Part shown: positions 19,064 to 29,127 of the stretch, one piece after another
Layout of the letters: the number at the start of each line of letters is the position of its first letter
Numbering within the stretch: the first letter of the stretch is position 1
Assembly (NCBI GenBank): GCA_900763965.1
Contig: CAAFMG010000149.1
Coordinates: 1-58,842, forward strand
Reading direction: 5' to 3'
From: an uncultured Oscillospiraceae bacterium
GTDB lineage: Bacteria > Bacillota > Clostridia > Oscillospirales > Oscillospiraceae
DNA length: 58,842 nucleotides
Translations under genes and position numbers: made by a program
Notes under the pieces: model-generated
The model's input: the letters and a program-made list of their open reading frames with translations, nothing else
Databases searched by the model: none
What the model was told of the DNA's origin: nothing

Positions 19064-19252
19064 ATGGCTAAGTGTGATTTTTGTGGCAAGGGCGTAACCT
19101 TCGGTATCAAGGTCTCTCACTCCCACAGACGTTCCAATCGTGCATGGAAGCCCAACGTCAAGCGCGTTAAGGCTGTCGTTAACGGAACTCCCTGCCATGT
19201 GTACGCTTGTACCAGATGCCTCCGCTCCAACAAGGTTGAGCGCGCCATCTGA
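19064..19252 (+). CDS. rpmB: 50S ribosomal protein L28 (Zn-ribbon form)
   Basis: MAKCDFCGK..VSHSHRRSNRAWKPN..CTRCLRS; GGAGGT RBS. Confidence 0.97.
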   Translation: MAKCDFCGKGVTFGIKVSHSHRRSNRAWKPNVKRVKAVVNGTPCHVYACTRCLRSNKVERAI

Positions 19253-19262
19253 TTCCCTGGCT

Positions 19263-19305
19263 ATAAAATACGCTGCTGGTTTTTCAGCAGCGTTTTTTAT
19301 TTTTT
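19263..19305 (+). terminator. rpmB terminator
   Basis: ACGCTGCTG-gttttt-CAGCAGCGT plus T-run. Confidence 0.8.
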
Positions 19306-19651
19306 GGGGCAGCACCGCAGGAATGCAGGCTGCCTGACAAAGTATGCAGTGCTGCCCTGGCAGATACAACCCATTTCCCAAAATGAAGCTGCCCCAAAGG
19401 ATCGCAAGATACTTTGGGGCAGCTTTTCTTAGGCAACACCGCACAATTGCATCTGCGGACATCAGCGGATCTTTTGTCCCAATATTGCAGTTTGAAAAAC
19501 TTGAAAGATAGCGCAGCCGTTGCCAGCGCAAGCTGGCTTACGGATGCGGCATACCCCTTGCGGGTACATCCAGTATTCCTGCGTTTTCCAAACTTTATCT
19601 TGGAACAAAGTCTCTCGCTGCTGTCTCTTGCTGAATTATGCGGTGCTGCCC
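19306..19651. repeat. Cluster of nested palindromes (REP/BIME- or MITE-like)
   Basis: Hairpins at 19307-19357 and 19386-19425; ~69-bp imperfect inverted arms 19432-19500 / 19583-19650 around two GCAA/TTGC-loop hairpins. Confidence 0.7.
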
Positions 19652-22600
19652 TTATTTCATTGCCACGGAGCGGTAGTGGGTCACGAAGATCTTGCTCTGT
19701 TTCAGACTGTCCACACCGGCGGACAGCTTCAGCCGCAGGGTGGGCTCCTTGGTGTTTGCCAGGAATACCACCCGATCCTTGTAATCCGGGTCGGCGCACA
19801 GGGCGCCCACGGCCTCGAAGTTCAGATTGCTCAGGGTAAACAGCACATCTCCGGCCTTCTGCTTGATGTCCTTGATCCCTGCCTCCCGGGCCTGGGCACG
19901 GAGCAGGGCAATGTCGATGAGGTTGAGCACCCCTCTGGGAGGCTCGCCGTAGCGATCCACAATCTCGTCCAGCAGATCGTCGGCATCCTCCTGGCAGCGA
20001 ATGGCAGCCATGCGGCGGTACAGATCCATCCGTTCCTCCCCACGGACAACGTATGCCTTGTCCACATTGGCGGTAACGTTCAGGTCGGCGGTACAGTCGG
20101 GGGTCTTGGGAGCCTCGCCCTTTTCCTCCAAAACCGCTTCATCCAGCAGTTTCAGGTACATATCGTAACCCACGCTGACCATGTGGCCGGACTGCTCGGC
20201 ACCCAGCAGGTTACCGGCACCCCGGATCTCAAGATCCCGCATGGCGATCTTGAAGCCGGAGCCGAACTCCGCAAAGTCCCGGATAGCAGACAGCCGCTTT
20301 TCGGCGATCTCCGTCAGGTTTTTATCGGGACGATAGGTGAAGTAGGCGTAGGCGTGACGGGTGGACCGTCCCACCCGGCCCCGGAGCTGATGAAGCTGAG
20401 AAAGACCAAAGCGGTCGGCGTTTTCAATGATCAGGGTATTGGCGTTGGGAATGTCCAGTCCGGTTTCGATGATGGTGGTGCAGACCAGCACCTGGATTTC
20501 TCCCTCGGTCATGGCCTCCATCACCGAACCCAGCGCCTCCTCGCCCATTTGCCCATGGGCAACACCAACGGAAATGCCGGGGATCCGTTTTTTCAGGGCA
20601 GAGGCGCACTGTTCAATGGTCTCGGTGCGGTTGTGCAGGTAGTAGACCTGGCCGCCCCGCTCCACCTCCCGGCGAATGGCATCGTCCAGAATGGCGGTGT
20701 TGTGTTCCATGACAAAGGTTTGGACAGGGTAGCGGTCAGAGGGCGGTTCCTCAATGGTGGACATATCCCGAATGCCGGACAGAGCCATGTTCAGGGTGCG
20801 GGGAATGGGGGTGGCGGACAGGGTCAGCACATCCACACCCTGGGACATTTCCTTCAGGCGTTCCTTGTGGCTGACACCAAACCGCTGTTCCTCGTCAATC
20901 ACCAGCAGACCCAGATCCTTGAACTGAACACTTTTTTGCAGCAGCTTATGGGTGCCGATGATCACATCCACACTGCCGGCCCGGATATTTTGCAGGGTCT
21001 GCTGCTGGATCTTGGGGGTGCGGAAGCGGCTGAGAACATCCACATTCACCGGGAAGCCCCGGAAACGGGAGACAGCCGTCTGATAGTGCTGCTGGGCCAG
21101 AACGGTGGTGGGCACCAGAATGGCCACCTGCTTGCCGTCCATGACCGCTTTCATCACCGCCCGGAGCGCGACCTCCGTTTTGCCAAAGCCCACATCGCCG
21201 CAGAGCAGCCGATCCATGGGCTGGGGGGATTCCATATCGTGCTTGATATCGGCGATGCACCGCAGCTGATCGTCCGTCTCGGGGTAGGGGAAGTTGTCCT
21301 CAAATTCCTTCTGCCAAGGGGCATCCGGGGAGAAGGCAAAGCCCAGCTGCCGCTTCCGGGCGGCATAGAGCTGGATCAGCTCTCCGGCCATATCCTTGGC
21401 GGCCTTCCGGGCCTTGGCCTTGGTTTTCTGCCAGGCATCGCTGCCGATCTTATTCAGCTTGACCGGCTTATCCTCACTGCCGCCGCCGATGTACTTGCTC
21501 ACCAGATCCAGCTGGGTGGCGGGGACAAACAGGGTGTCGCTGCCTTGGTAGGCGATTTTGATGTAGTCCTTGACGGCGTTATCCACCTTGATCTGCTCCA
21601 TGGCCACGAACCGGCCGATGCCGTAGTTTTCGTGAACCACCAGATCGCCGGGGGTCAGGTCGGTGAAGGAATTCAGCTTCTGCCGATTGGTGGAGCCGGT
21701 TTTCTTGGGGGCCTTCCGCTTTGGCTCCTGGCGGGACAGCAGCTGTCCTTCGGTCAGGACGGCCAGGGCATTCAGAGGATATTCCATGCCGTAGGGCAGG
21801 CTGCCCTCGGTCAGCAGGATCTGCCCGGCCTTGGGCATGGTGGTCAGGGGGATGCACAGGAATGCAGACAGACCCTTTTCCCGGAGCATCTGCTGCAAAA
21901 GCTCTGCCCGGCGGCGGGTGCCGCAGAGTACCAGGGAGCCGAACTCCATTTTTTGATAGTGGGCAAGATCCGCTGCGGCGGTATCCAGATTGCCGCCGTA
22001 ACTGGGCAGCTGCTTGGCAGTCATGGGCAGCAGCACCTTGGGAGGACATTCCTCCGGGTAGGCTGCGCCGCCGAAGGCATCAAAATACACGGTGGTGTGA
22101 TGCTTCAGCGCCTTGCAGAAATCCTCCCACTGACAGACATAGTCGCTCAGCTCTCCGGCGATCAGTCCGGTTTGCAGAAGACTGTCCAGCTGCATACCCA
22201 CCTCGTCACAGCGGGTTCGGGAGGCACGGTGCAGACTGCTGTGGTCGCAGAGCACCACCAGGGCATTTTCGGGGATATAATCTGCGGCGGTGGCCATTTC
22301 CGGATAAATGAGAGCCATATACCGGTCGGAAGCGGGGTTAGACAGACCGTTTTCGTATTTTTCCAGATCCTTGGTCAGGGTGGCGATCAGCGCCTCGTTG
22401 CGGTTTTTGCGCCGGTTCTGCCGGGCAATCAGGTTCGTCAGATCCTTGCACAGTCCCGTAAGACCCTGGGGGTGGAGGCTGGGCTGGGTTTCTGCCACCG
22501 GCAGGATCAGAGCCTTTTCTGCATTTTCGCTGCGGCGCTGGGTGCCGGGATCGAAGTAGCCCATGGTATCCAGCTCATCGCCAAAGAACTCGGCACGAAT

Positions 22601-23167
22601 GGGGAGTGCCTCTGCCGGGGAATAGATATCCATAATGCCCCCTCGGATGGCGTATTGACCGGGGCCTTCCACCATGCCGCACCGGCTGTAGCCGGCATCG
22701 TTCAGCTTCCGGATCAGTTCCTCCGGGGCATATTCCTGCCCTACCTCCAGAGAGAAGGCGGCATGTTGCAGCACGGATCTGGGCATGGTGCGCTGAGACA
22801 GGGATTCCCAGGTGAAAATCTGGATGGGGGTCTTGCCGGCGGACAACGCATATAGCTGCCGCAGCCGCTTCTGCTCCCAGCTCCGGGAGACCACCGCTGC
22901 ATCATAGAGAGTCAGATCCCGGCTGGGCAGTATGGGGGCGGTCAGACCCAGAAAGTCCTTCAACTCCTGCTGCAAACGCCGTGCGGCAATGTCATCCTGA
23001 CACAGAATGACCATAGGCGCCGTGCAGTCCCGGTGCAGACCGGCGATCAGGTGGCTGCGGTTGATCTGACCGATGCCGGTGACGGCGGCACTCTGCCCCT
23101 GGGACAGGGCATCCGTCAGAGCCTTGTATTCCGGTATGGTTTTGAGCATGGCAAGGAGCTGTTCCAT
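19652..23167 (-). CDS. mfd: Transcription-repair coupling factor
   Basis: UvrB-homology N-terminus, RID (GDLVVHENYGIG), CGDVGFGKT, IDEEQRFG, QLRGRVGRS, TRG motif and TRCF domain. Confidence 0.98.
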   Translation of the reverse strand: MEQLLAMLKTIPEYKALTDALSQGQSAAVTGIGQINRSHLIAGLHRDCTAPMVILCQDDIAARRLQQELKDFLGLTAPILPSRDLTLYDAAVVSRSWEQKRLRQLYALSAGKTPIQIFTWESLSQRTMPRSVLQHAAFSLEVGQEYAPEELIRKLNDAGYSRCGMVEGPGQYAIRGGIMDIYSPAEALPIRAEFFGDELDTMGYFDPGTQRRSENAEKALILPVAETQPSLHPQGLTGLCKDLTNLIARQNRRKNRNEALIATLTKDLEKYENGLSNPASDRYMALIYPEMATAADYIPENALVVLCDHSSLHRASRTRCDEVGMQLDSLLQTGLIAGELSDYVCQWEDFCKALKHHTTVYFDAFGGAAYPEECPPKVLLPMTAKQLPSYGGNLDTAAADLAHYQKMEFGSLVLCGTRRRAELLQQMLREKGLSAFLCIPLTTMPKAGQILLTEGSLPYGMEYPLNALAVLTEGQLLSRQEPKRKAPKKTGSTNRQKLNSFTDLTPGDLVVHENYGIGRFVAMEQIKVDNAVKDYIKIAYQGSDTLFVPATQLDLVSKYIGGGSEDKPVKLNKIGSDAWQKTKAKARKAAKDMAGELIQLYAARKRQLGFAFSPDAPWQKEFEDNFPYPETDDQLRCIADIKHDMESPQPMDRLLCGDVGFGKTEVALRAVMKAVMDGKQVAILVPTTVLAQQHYQTAVSRFRGFPVNVDVLSRFRTPKIQQQTLQNIRAGSVDVIIGTHKLLQKSVQFKDLGLLVIDEEQRFGVSHKERLKEMSQGVDVLTLSATPIPRTLNMALSGIRDMSTIEEPPSDRYPVQTFVMEHNTAILDDAIRREVERGGQVYYLHNRTETIEQCASALKKRIPGISVGVAHGQMGEEALGSVMEAMTEGEIQVLVCTTIIETGLDIPNANTLIIENADRFGLSQLHQLRGRVGRSTRHAYAYFTYRPDKNLTEIAEKRLSAIRDFAEFGSGFKIAMRDLEIRGAGNLLGAEQSGHMVSVGYDMYLKLLDEAVLEEKGEAPKTPDCTADLNVTANVDKAYVVRGEERMDLYRRMAAIRCQEDADDLLDEIVDRYGEPPRGVLNLIDIALLRAQAREAGIKDIKQKAGDVLFTLSNLNFEAVGALCADPDYKDRVVFLANTKEPTLRLKLSAGVDSLKQSKIFVTHYRSVAMK

Positions 23168-23216
23168 AGTGACCTCCAAAATTGATATCGGGAGAATGCT
23201 TCTCCACGTGGCAAAG

Positions 23217-23245
23217 CGGAAAGGGGGATGGATACCCCCTTTCCG
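23217..23245. terminator. Strong hairpin between pth and mfd
   Basis: CGGAAAGGGGG-atggata-CCCCCTTTCCG; only a weak U-tract. Confidence 0.5.
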
Positions 23246-23261
23246 TAATGTGACAAGATAT

Positions 23262-23855
23262 TTAGGGATGACTTCCGTTGAAGCGGTTGGCAGCCTCGGG
23301 AACGCCCTGGTCGATAATGGCCAGGGTGGCATCGGCGGCATTTTTCAGGGAAACGGCCAGTGCCTTTTCCTCCTGGGCCGAGAAGGTGGAAAGCACCCAG
23401 TCAGCCAGATCATATTCCGGATTGGGCTTGCTGCCTACCCCGATCTTAACCCGGGGGAAGGACTGGCTGCCCAGCTCCTGAATAATGGATTTGATGCCGT
23501 TGTGACCACCGGCAGAGCCGTCGGCGCGGATCCGCAGCCGTCCGGGCTCCAGAGAGATGTCATCAAACAGAACGATAATGTTCTGCGGCGGGATATGAAA
23601 GTAAGCGCTCAGCTGAAGAACGCTGCGGCCGGACAGGTTCATGTAGGTCTGGGGCTTGAGAAGCAGCAGCTTCTTGTTGCCGTAGTTGACCTGACCGTAC
23701 AGACCCTGGAACTTTGCCTTATCGATCTTGCAGCCCAGTGTATCCGCCAGCAGCTCCACGGCCCGGAAGCCGCAGTTGTGCCGGGTGCGCTCATATTCCC
23801 TGCCGGGATTGCCCAGGCCCACAATGAGCCAGGTTTCGCCAGATTTGCCGATCAC
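23262..23855 (-). CDS. pth: Peptidyl-tRNA hydrolase
   Basis: LIVGLGNPG, TRHNCGF, KPQTYMNLSG, GGHNGIKS. Confidence 0.97.
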   Translation of the reverse strand: MIGKSGETWLIVGLGNPGREYERTRHNCGFRAVELLADTLGCKIDKAKFQGLYGQVNYGNKKLLLLKPQTYMNLSGRSVLQLSAYFHIPPQNIIVLFDDISLEPGRLRIRADGSAGGHNGIKSIIQELGSQSFPRVKIGVGSKPNPEYDLADWVLSTFSAQEEKALAVSLKNAADATLAIIDQGVPEAANRFNGSHP

Positions 23856-23858
23856 AGC

Positions 23859-24827
23859 TTAGAACAGGTCAGCAATGGAGGTGGCACCGTGGATATGCTC
23901 GATGGCACGGGCAAACACGGGAGCAACGTCCAGGAACTTGATCTTGTGGCTGGGGGTGTTGGCGACTTCGGGAATGGTGTTCAGGAACAGCATTTCCTTA
24001 ATGACGCTGTTCTCCAGACGCTCGTAAGCGGGGCCGGACAGAACGCCGTGGGTAGCGCAGGCGTAAACTTCCTTAGCACCGCCCACTTCCACCAGGGCCT
24101 TGGCAGCGTTGCACAGAGAACCGGCGGTATCCACCATGTCGTCATACAGGATGCAGGTCTTGCCGCGAACGTCACCGATGATGTTCATGACCTCGGAGAC
24201 ATTGGCCTTGGGACGGCGCTTGTCAACGATAGCCAGGTTCATGTGGACCTTGGCAGCGAAGTTACGGGCACGGGCCACGGAGCCGACGTCAGGGGAGACA
24301 ACAACGAAGTCGTTCTCATGGTCGTACTCGGCTTCGGGGAACTTGTGCATATAGTAATCCACGAAGGAGGGAGCGCCCAGCAGGTGATCCAGAGGAATGT
24401 CGAAGAAAGCCTGGATCTGGCTGGCGTGCAGGTCCATGGTCAGCACCCGGTCAGCACCGGCAACGGTGATCATGTTGGCAACCAGCTTGGCGGAGATGGG
24501 ATCGCGGGACTTGGCCTTGCGATCCTGACGGGCATAGCCGAAGTAGGGGATCACAGCGGTGATACGGCCGGCGGAAGCACGACGGCAGGCGTCGATCATG
24601 ACCAGCAGTTCCATCAGGTGATCATTCACAGGCTTGCAGGTGGACTGAATCAGATAGACGTCAGCGCCACGGACAGTCTCCAGCAGGGAAACGGATGCTT
24701 CGCCGTCAGCAAAATGCTTGACATCGGCGTTGCCCAGTTCAAGTCCCAACTCCTTGCAGACCGTCTTGGCGAATTCCGGGTTGGAGTTGCCGGTGAAGAC
24801 CTTGATACTTTCGCTGTAAGAATTCAT
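23859..24827 (-). CDS. prs: Ribose-phosphate pyrophosphokinase
   Basis: FADGE, PYFGYARQDRK, DLHASQIQ, SPDVG, YDDMVDTAGS. Confidence 0.98.
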   Translation of the reverse strand: MNSYSESIKVFTGNSNPEFAKTVCKELGLELGNADVKHFADGEASVSLLETVRGADVYLIQSTCKPVNDHLMELLVMIDACRRASAGRITAVIPYFGYARQDRKAKSRDPISAKLVANMITVAGADRVLTMDLHASQIQAFFDIPLDHLLGAPSFVDYYMHKFPEAEYDHENDFVVVSPDVGSVARARNFAAKVHMNLAIVDKRRPKANVSEVMNIIGDVRGKTCILYDDMVDTAGSLCNAAKALVEVGGAKEVYACATHGVLSGPAYERLENSVIKEMLFLNTIPEVANTPSHKIKFLDVAPVFARAIEHIHGATSIADLF

Positions 24828-25001
24828 CGAAAAAAATACCTCTCTTTTGTTTTTTATTTTTTTCCAGGACCCCTTACGGGGATATAGTACGCCACCATTA
24901 TAACATTCCTTTTGGGAAAAGCAATATCCCGTTAGAAATAATTTTTGACGAAAAAACCTCCCAAAATACAGGCATCTTGCCAGATACCGATAGGGGGATA
25001 C

Positions 25002-25053
25002 CGAATTTATGTTTGTAAAAGCACTTGTGAATGGCAGGCAGATGTGGTATAAT
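25002..25053 (+). promoter_or_regulatory. uvrA promoter with a candidate LexA (Cheo) box
   Basis: CGAAtTTATGTTtG (25002-25015) vs CGAACNNNNGTTYG; TTGTGA-N17-TATAAT (25025-25053). Confidence 0.5.
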
Positions 25054-25086
25054 ACACATTAAAGAACTTTTTGTCAGGAGCTGCTT

Positions 25087-27909
25087 ATGAACGACAAAAT
25101 CCGAATTCAGGGTGCCAGAGAAAATAACCTGAAAAATGTAAATCTTACCATTCCCAGAGACAAGCTGGTGGTGTTTACGGGGCTGAGCGGCTCCGGAAAA
25201 TCCAGCCTGGCCTTTGATACCATCTATGCCGAGGGACAGCGGCGGTATGTGGAGAGCCTCAGCTCCTACGCCCGCCAGTTCCTGGGGCAGATGGACAAAC
25301 CGGATGTGGATTCCATTGAGGGCCTTTCCCCGGCCATCTCCATTGACCAGAAAACCACCTCCAAGAACCCCCGCTCCACGGTGGGTACGGTGACGGAGAT
25401 CTACGACTATCTGCGGCTTCTGTGGGCCAGAGTGGGCACCCCCCACTGCCCCAAGTGCGGCAAGGAGATCAACCGGCAGACCATCGACCAGATCGTGGAT
25501 CGGATCGAGGCGCTGGGGGAGGGGACGCGGTTTATCGTCCTGTCTCCCGTGATCCGGGGGAAAAAGGGCGAGCATCAGAAGGTGTTCGAGGATGCCCGGA
25601 AGCAAGGCTTTGCCCGTGTCCGGGTGGATGGGATCCTGTATGACCTGACTGAGGAGATCCGTCCGGAGAAGAACAAAAAGCACAACATTGATTTGGTGGT
25701 GGACCGGCTGGTTCTGAAGGAAGGACTGCGCCGCCGTCTGACGGACTCCATTGAAACGGCCTGCACCCACAGCGGCGGACTTGTGACCATCGAGCTGCCC
25801 CCTGAAGGGCAGGAGCTAAGCTTCTCCCTGAACTACGCCTGTGAGGACTGCGGCGTAAGCCTGACGGAGCTGGAACCCAGAATGTTCTCCTTCAATAACC
25901 CCTCCGGCGCCTGCCCCAGCTGTACCGGCCTGGGCTTCCGGCTGGTGGCGGATGCAGATCTGGTGATTCCCGACCGGGATAAGTCCCTGATGGATGGGGC
26001 CATTCAGGTTTCCGGCTGGCAAAGTGTCCGCACGGATTCCATTTTCCGTATGTATTTTGAGGCATTGGCCCAGAAATATCACTTTTCCCTTACCGCCCCT
26101 GTGAAGGAGCTGTCCCCGGAGGCCATGGATGTGATTCTCAACGGCACCCGGGGCGAGAAGCTGCGGATGACCTACAACCGGGGCAACGGCATGGGCGTGA
26201 TCGAGCAGCCCTTTGAGGGCATTCTCAATAACATCGCCCGCCGCTACAAGGAGACCCAGTCCGATGCCGCCCGGAAGGAGCTGGAGGAATGTATGTCCAG
26301 CGCTCCCTGTCCCCAGTGCGGCGGTGATCGGCTTTCGGACATTGCCCGGGCGGTGACGGTAGGGGGCATTGGCATCATGGATTTCTGCCGCATGAGCATC
26401 CGGGACGAGCTGGACTTTATGAACCGACTGAAGCTGGAGGGCAACATGGCGGTGGTGGCGGAGCAGATCGTCAAGGAGATCCGTTCCCGGCTGCAATTTT
26501 TGACGGATGTGGGCCTGAGCTACCTGACCCTGTCCCGGGCCGCCGGAACCCTGTCCGGCGGCGAGAGCCAGCGGATTCGGCTGGCGACCCAGATCGGCTC
26601 CTCCCTGACGGGGGTGCTGTATATTCTGGACGAGCCCTCCATCGGCCTGCACCAGCGGGACAATGACAAGCTGCTGGGCACTCTGCGCCACCTGCGGGAT
26701 CTGGGCAACACCCTGATTGTGGTGGAGCATGACGAGGATACCATGCGGGCGGCGGACTTCCTGGTGGATGTGGGCCCCGGCGCAGGCAGCCGGGGCGGCG
26801 AGATCGTGGCGGCCGGTTCTCTTGAGGAGATCGAAGCCTGCCCCAGATCCATCACCGGGCAGTACCTGTCCGGGGTGAAGAAGATCCCGGTCCCTGCAGC
26901 CCGGCGTTCGGGCACCGGAAATGTGCTGGCTGTCCGGGGCGCCTGCGAGAACAACCTGAAAAACGTGGATGTGGAGATCCCGCTGGGAACATTGACCTGT
27001 GTCACCGGCGTTTCCGGCTCCGGAAAGTCCAGCCTGGTAAACGAGGTGCTGAATAAGACCCTCCTGGCCAAATTGAACCACGCCCACACCCGCCCCGGTG
27101 CCTGCCGCTGTGTGGAGGGAATGGAATATCTGGACAAGGTCATCGACATTGACCAGAGCCCCATCGGCAGAACACCCCGCTCCAACCCGGCCACCTATAC
27201 AGGGCTCTTTAACGATATCCGGGATCTGTTTGCCTCCACAGCGGATGCCAAGATGCGGGGCTATGCCCCCGGCCGGTTCTCCTTCAATGTCAAGGGCGGC
27301 CGGTGCGAGGCCTGCTGTGGCGACGGTCTGGTGAAAATCGAAATGCACTTCCTGGCGGATGTGTATGTTCCTTGTCAGGTGTGCAAGGGGCAGCGGTACA
27401 ACCGGGAGACTCTGGAGGTGCGCTACAAGGGCAAGAACATTGCCCAGGTGCTGGATATGACCGCCGAGGAAGCCCTGGATTTCTTTGATAACCTGCCCAA
27501 GCTTCGCCGGAAGGTGCAGACGCTGGTGGAGGTGGGCCTTGGCTATGTGAAGCTGGGCCAGTCCAGCACCACCCTGTCCGGCGGTGAGGCCCAGCGTGTC
27601 AAGCTGGCAACAGAGCTGGCCCGGGTGGCCACCGGCAGAACCATCTATATTCTGGACGAGCCTACCACGGGCCTGCACGCAGCGGATGTGCACAAGCTGA
27701 TCGAGGTATTGCAGCGGCTGGTGGATGTGGGGAACACGGTGCTGGTCATTGAACACAATCTGGATGTGATCAAAACGGCAGATCATATTATCGACCTGGG
27801 GCCGGAGGGCGGCGATGGCGGCGGCTATGTGATCGCCCAGGGAACCCCGGAGGAGGTGGCAGCTGTGGAAGGCAGCTACACCGGTCAGTACCTGAAAGCC
27901 TACCTATAA
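25087..27909 (+). CDS. uvrA: Excinuclease ABC subunit A
   Basis: Two Walker A motifs ([16 protein letters not shown]), zinc fingers, two LSGGE signatures. Confidence 0.99.
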   Translation: MNDKIRIQGARENNLKNVNLTIPRDKLVVFTGLSGSGKSSLAFDTIYAEGQRRYVESLSSYARQFLGQMDKPDVDSIEGLSPAISIDQKTTSKNPRSTVGTVTEIYDYLRLLWARVGTPHCPKCGKEINRQTIDQIVDRIEALGEGTRFIVLSPVIRGKKGEHQKVFEDARKQGFARVRVDGILYDLTEEIRPEKNKKHNIDLVVDRLVLKEGLRRRLTDSIETACTHSGGLVTIELPPEGQELSFSLNYACEDCGVSLTELEPRMFSFNNPSGACPSCTGLGFRLVADADLVIPDRDKSLMDGAIQVSGWQSVRTDSIFRMYFEALAQKYHFSLTAPVKELSPEAMDVILNGTRGEKLRMTYNRGNGMGVIEQPFEGILNNIARRYKETQSDAARKELEECMSSAPCPQCGGDRLSDIARAVTVGGIGIMDFCRMSIRDELDFMNRLKLEGNMAVVAEQIVKEIRSRLQFLTDVGLSYLTLSRAAGTLSGGESQRIRLATQIGSSLTGVLYILDEPSIGLHQRDNDKLLGTLRHLRDLGNTLIVVEHDEDTMRAADFLVDVGPGAGSRGGEIVAAGSLEEIEACPRSITGQYLSGVKKIPVPAARRSGTGNVLAVRGACENNLKNVDVEIPLGTLTCVTGVSGSGKSSLVNEVLNKTLLAKLNHAHTRPGACRCVEGMEYLDKVIDIDQSPIGRTPRSNPATYTGLFNDIRDLFASTADAKMRGYAPGRFSFNVKGGRCEACCGDGLVKIEMHFLADVYVPCQVCKGQRYNRETLEVRYKGKNIAQVLDMTAEEALDFFDNLPKLRRKVQTLVEVGLGYVKLGQSSTTLSGGEAQRVKLATELARVATGRTIYILDEPTTGLHAADVHKLIEVLQRLVDVGNTVLVIEHNLDVIKTADHIIDLGPEGGDGGGYVIAQGTPEEVAAVEGSYTGQYLKAYL

Positions 27910-27914
27910 AAAGA

Positions 27915-27943
27915 GCCTGTCGGAAACGATGTTTTCGACAGGC
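27915..27943. terminator. Terminator between convergent genes
   Basis: GCCTGTCGgAAAC-gat-GTTTtCGACAGGC. Confidence 0.65.
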
Positions 27944-27949
27944 CAATGG

Positions 27950-28981
27950 CTATAATGTTTGATAATACTTTGCCGGAAGACAGTCCGACAGTTCTACCAG
28001 ACCGTGATCCCAGCCGCCGGAGTGATCCAGACGGAAAATGGGACTGCGCAGGCTGCTGTGGCTGTTTTCCCGGATTTCCAGGGTCATGGCGATCCGGGTT
28101 CCGGTCTCTTTGCTGTCAATCAGAACCGTTCCGCCGTGGTTGGCGGCAACGGCGCGGATCATGGAAAGTCCCAGCCCCAGGCCGTAGCGCCCGTCCTCAA
28201 TCCCAGGGCGGCGCAGATATTGCCGGAAGAGATTTCCCCGGACATCCTGGGCAATGCCGCTGCCGCTGTCCTGGACGGTCAGACACAGCTGCTTGCCTTT
28301 GCGGGTGAGGGTGGCCTGGATCTGTCCGCCTGTGGGGGTGAAACGGATGCAGTTGGACAAAATGTTCCACACGGCCCGCTCCAGCTGTTCCGGATCCACC
28401 AGGCAGAAAAGCGGCTGGCGCAGACCGGTGTAGGAAATGCTGACCCGCTCCTGGGCCAGGGCAGCAGCTTTTTCAAACTGCTCCAGCAGCAGAGCGTTGA
28501 TATCCTGAAGTTCCGGACGGCATCCGGCCAGGTAGCGGCCAATATCCGACAGGTTATTCACAAGACGCTGCATCTGCATCAGGCTTCGGTTCATTTCGGC
28601 GCTGCCTCCGTCTGCCAGATGCTGGGCACTGGCAATGGCCTGCATCAAAGGTTTGCGCAGCTCCATGGATATCAGGGCCATGGAGCGGAATTCCTCAGGA
28701 TCCTCCCGGGGTTCCAATAGGATCAGATCCTGATCCGCCATCCGGGTGACGGCGGCTCCCCAGTGCTGCTGGGCGGCGGCCAGGGTCAGATACATCTGTC
28801 CGGATTGAAATTCAGCGTATTCCTCTGCACCTACCTCCAGCATGGGGGAAAAGGCCATGCCGGGAGACAGCAGCAGCGCTTGGGCAGCCTGATTGACCTG
28901 GATGATCTTATCCGCCTGCACCAGAAAACCGGGCTGGGGAATCTGTTCCAGCATCAGACCTATCATTTGTTCATCTTTCAT
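27950..28981 (-). CDS. Cytoplasmic PAS-like + HATPase sensor-kinase-like protein lacking the phospho-acceptor His
   Basis: PAS-like start (QIPQPGFLV..NQAA); H-box reads SMELRKPL; N box NILSN, G1 DSGSGI, G2 GLGLGL. Confidence 0.85.
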   Translation of the reverse strand: MKDEQMIGLMLEQIPQPGFLVQADKIIQVNQAAQALLLSPGMAFSPMLEVGAEEYAEFQSGQMYLTLAAAQQHWGAAVTRMADQDLILLEPREDPEEFRSMALISMELRKPLMQAIASAQHLADGGSAEMNRSLMQMQRLVNNLSDIGRYLAGCRPELQDINALLLEQFEKAAALAQERVSISYTGLRQPLFCLVDPEQLERAVWNILSNCIRFTPTGGQIQATLTRKGKQLCLTVQDSGSGIAQDVRGNLFRQYLRRPGIEDGRYGLGLGLSMIRAVAANHGGTVLIDSKETGTRIAMTLEIRENSHSSLRSPIFRLDHSGGWDHGLVELSDCLPAKYYQTL

Positions 28982-29127
28982 ACTGCTCCTCCTGACATAT
29001 GTTAGCTTGTGCAGTTTTGAGGGAGAATCTCCCGGTGGGTTTCGACATGATTCGACACCATGAGCAAATCTATTTTATCCCATAGACACCAAAATAGCAA
29101 GCATACAAACCGAAAGAGAGAAGATTT

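Noticed and set aside
19520..22855. 1111-aa + strand ORF and similar long antisense ORFs (1943-3601, 6310-8031, 16308-18002, 23073-24887, 25816-27786, 30456-33104, 50948-52876)
   Set aside because: Shadow ORFs opposite well-conserved genes, expected from high-GC3 codon bias; no recognisable motifs.
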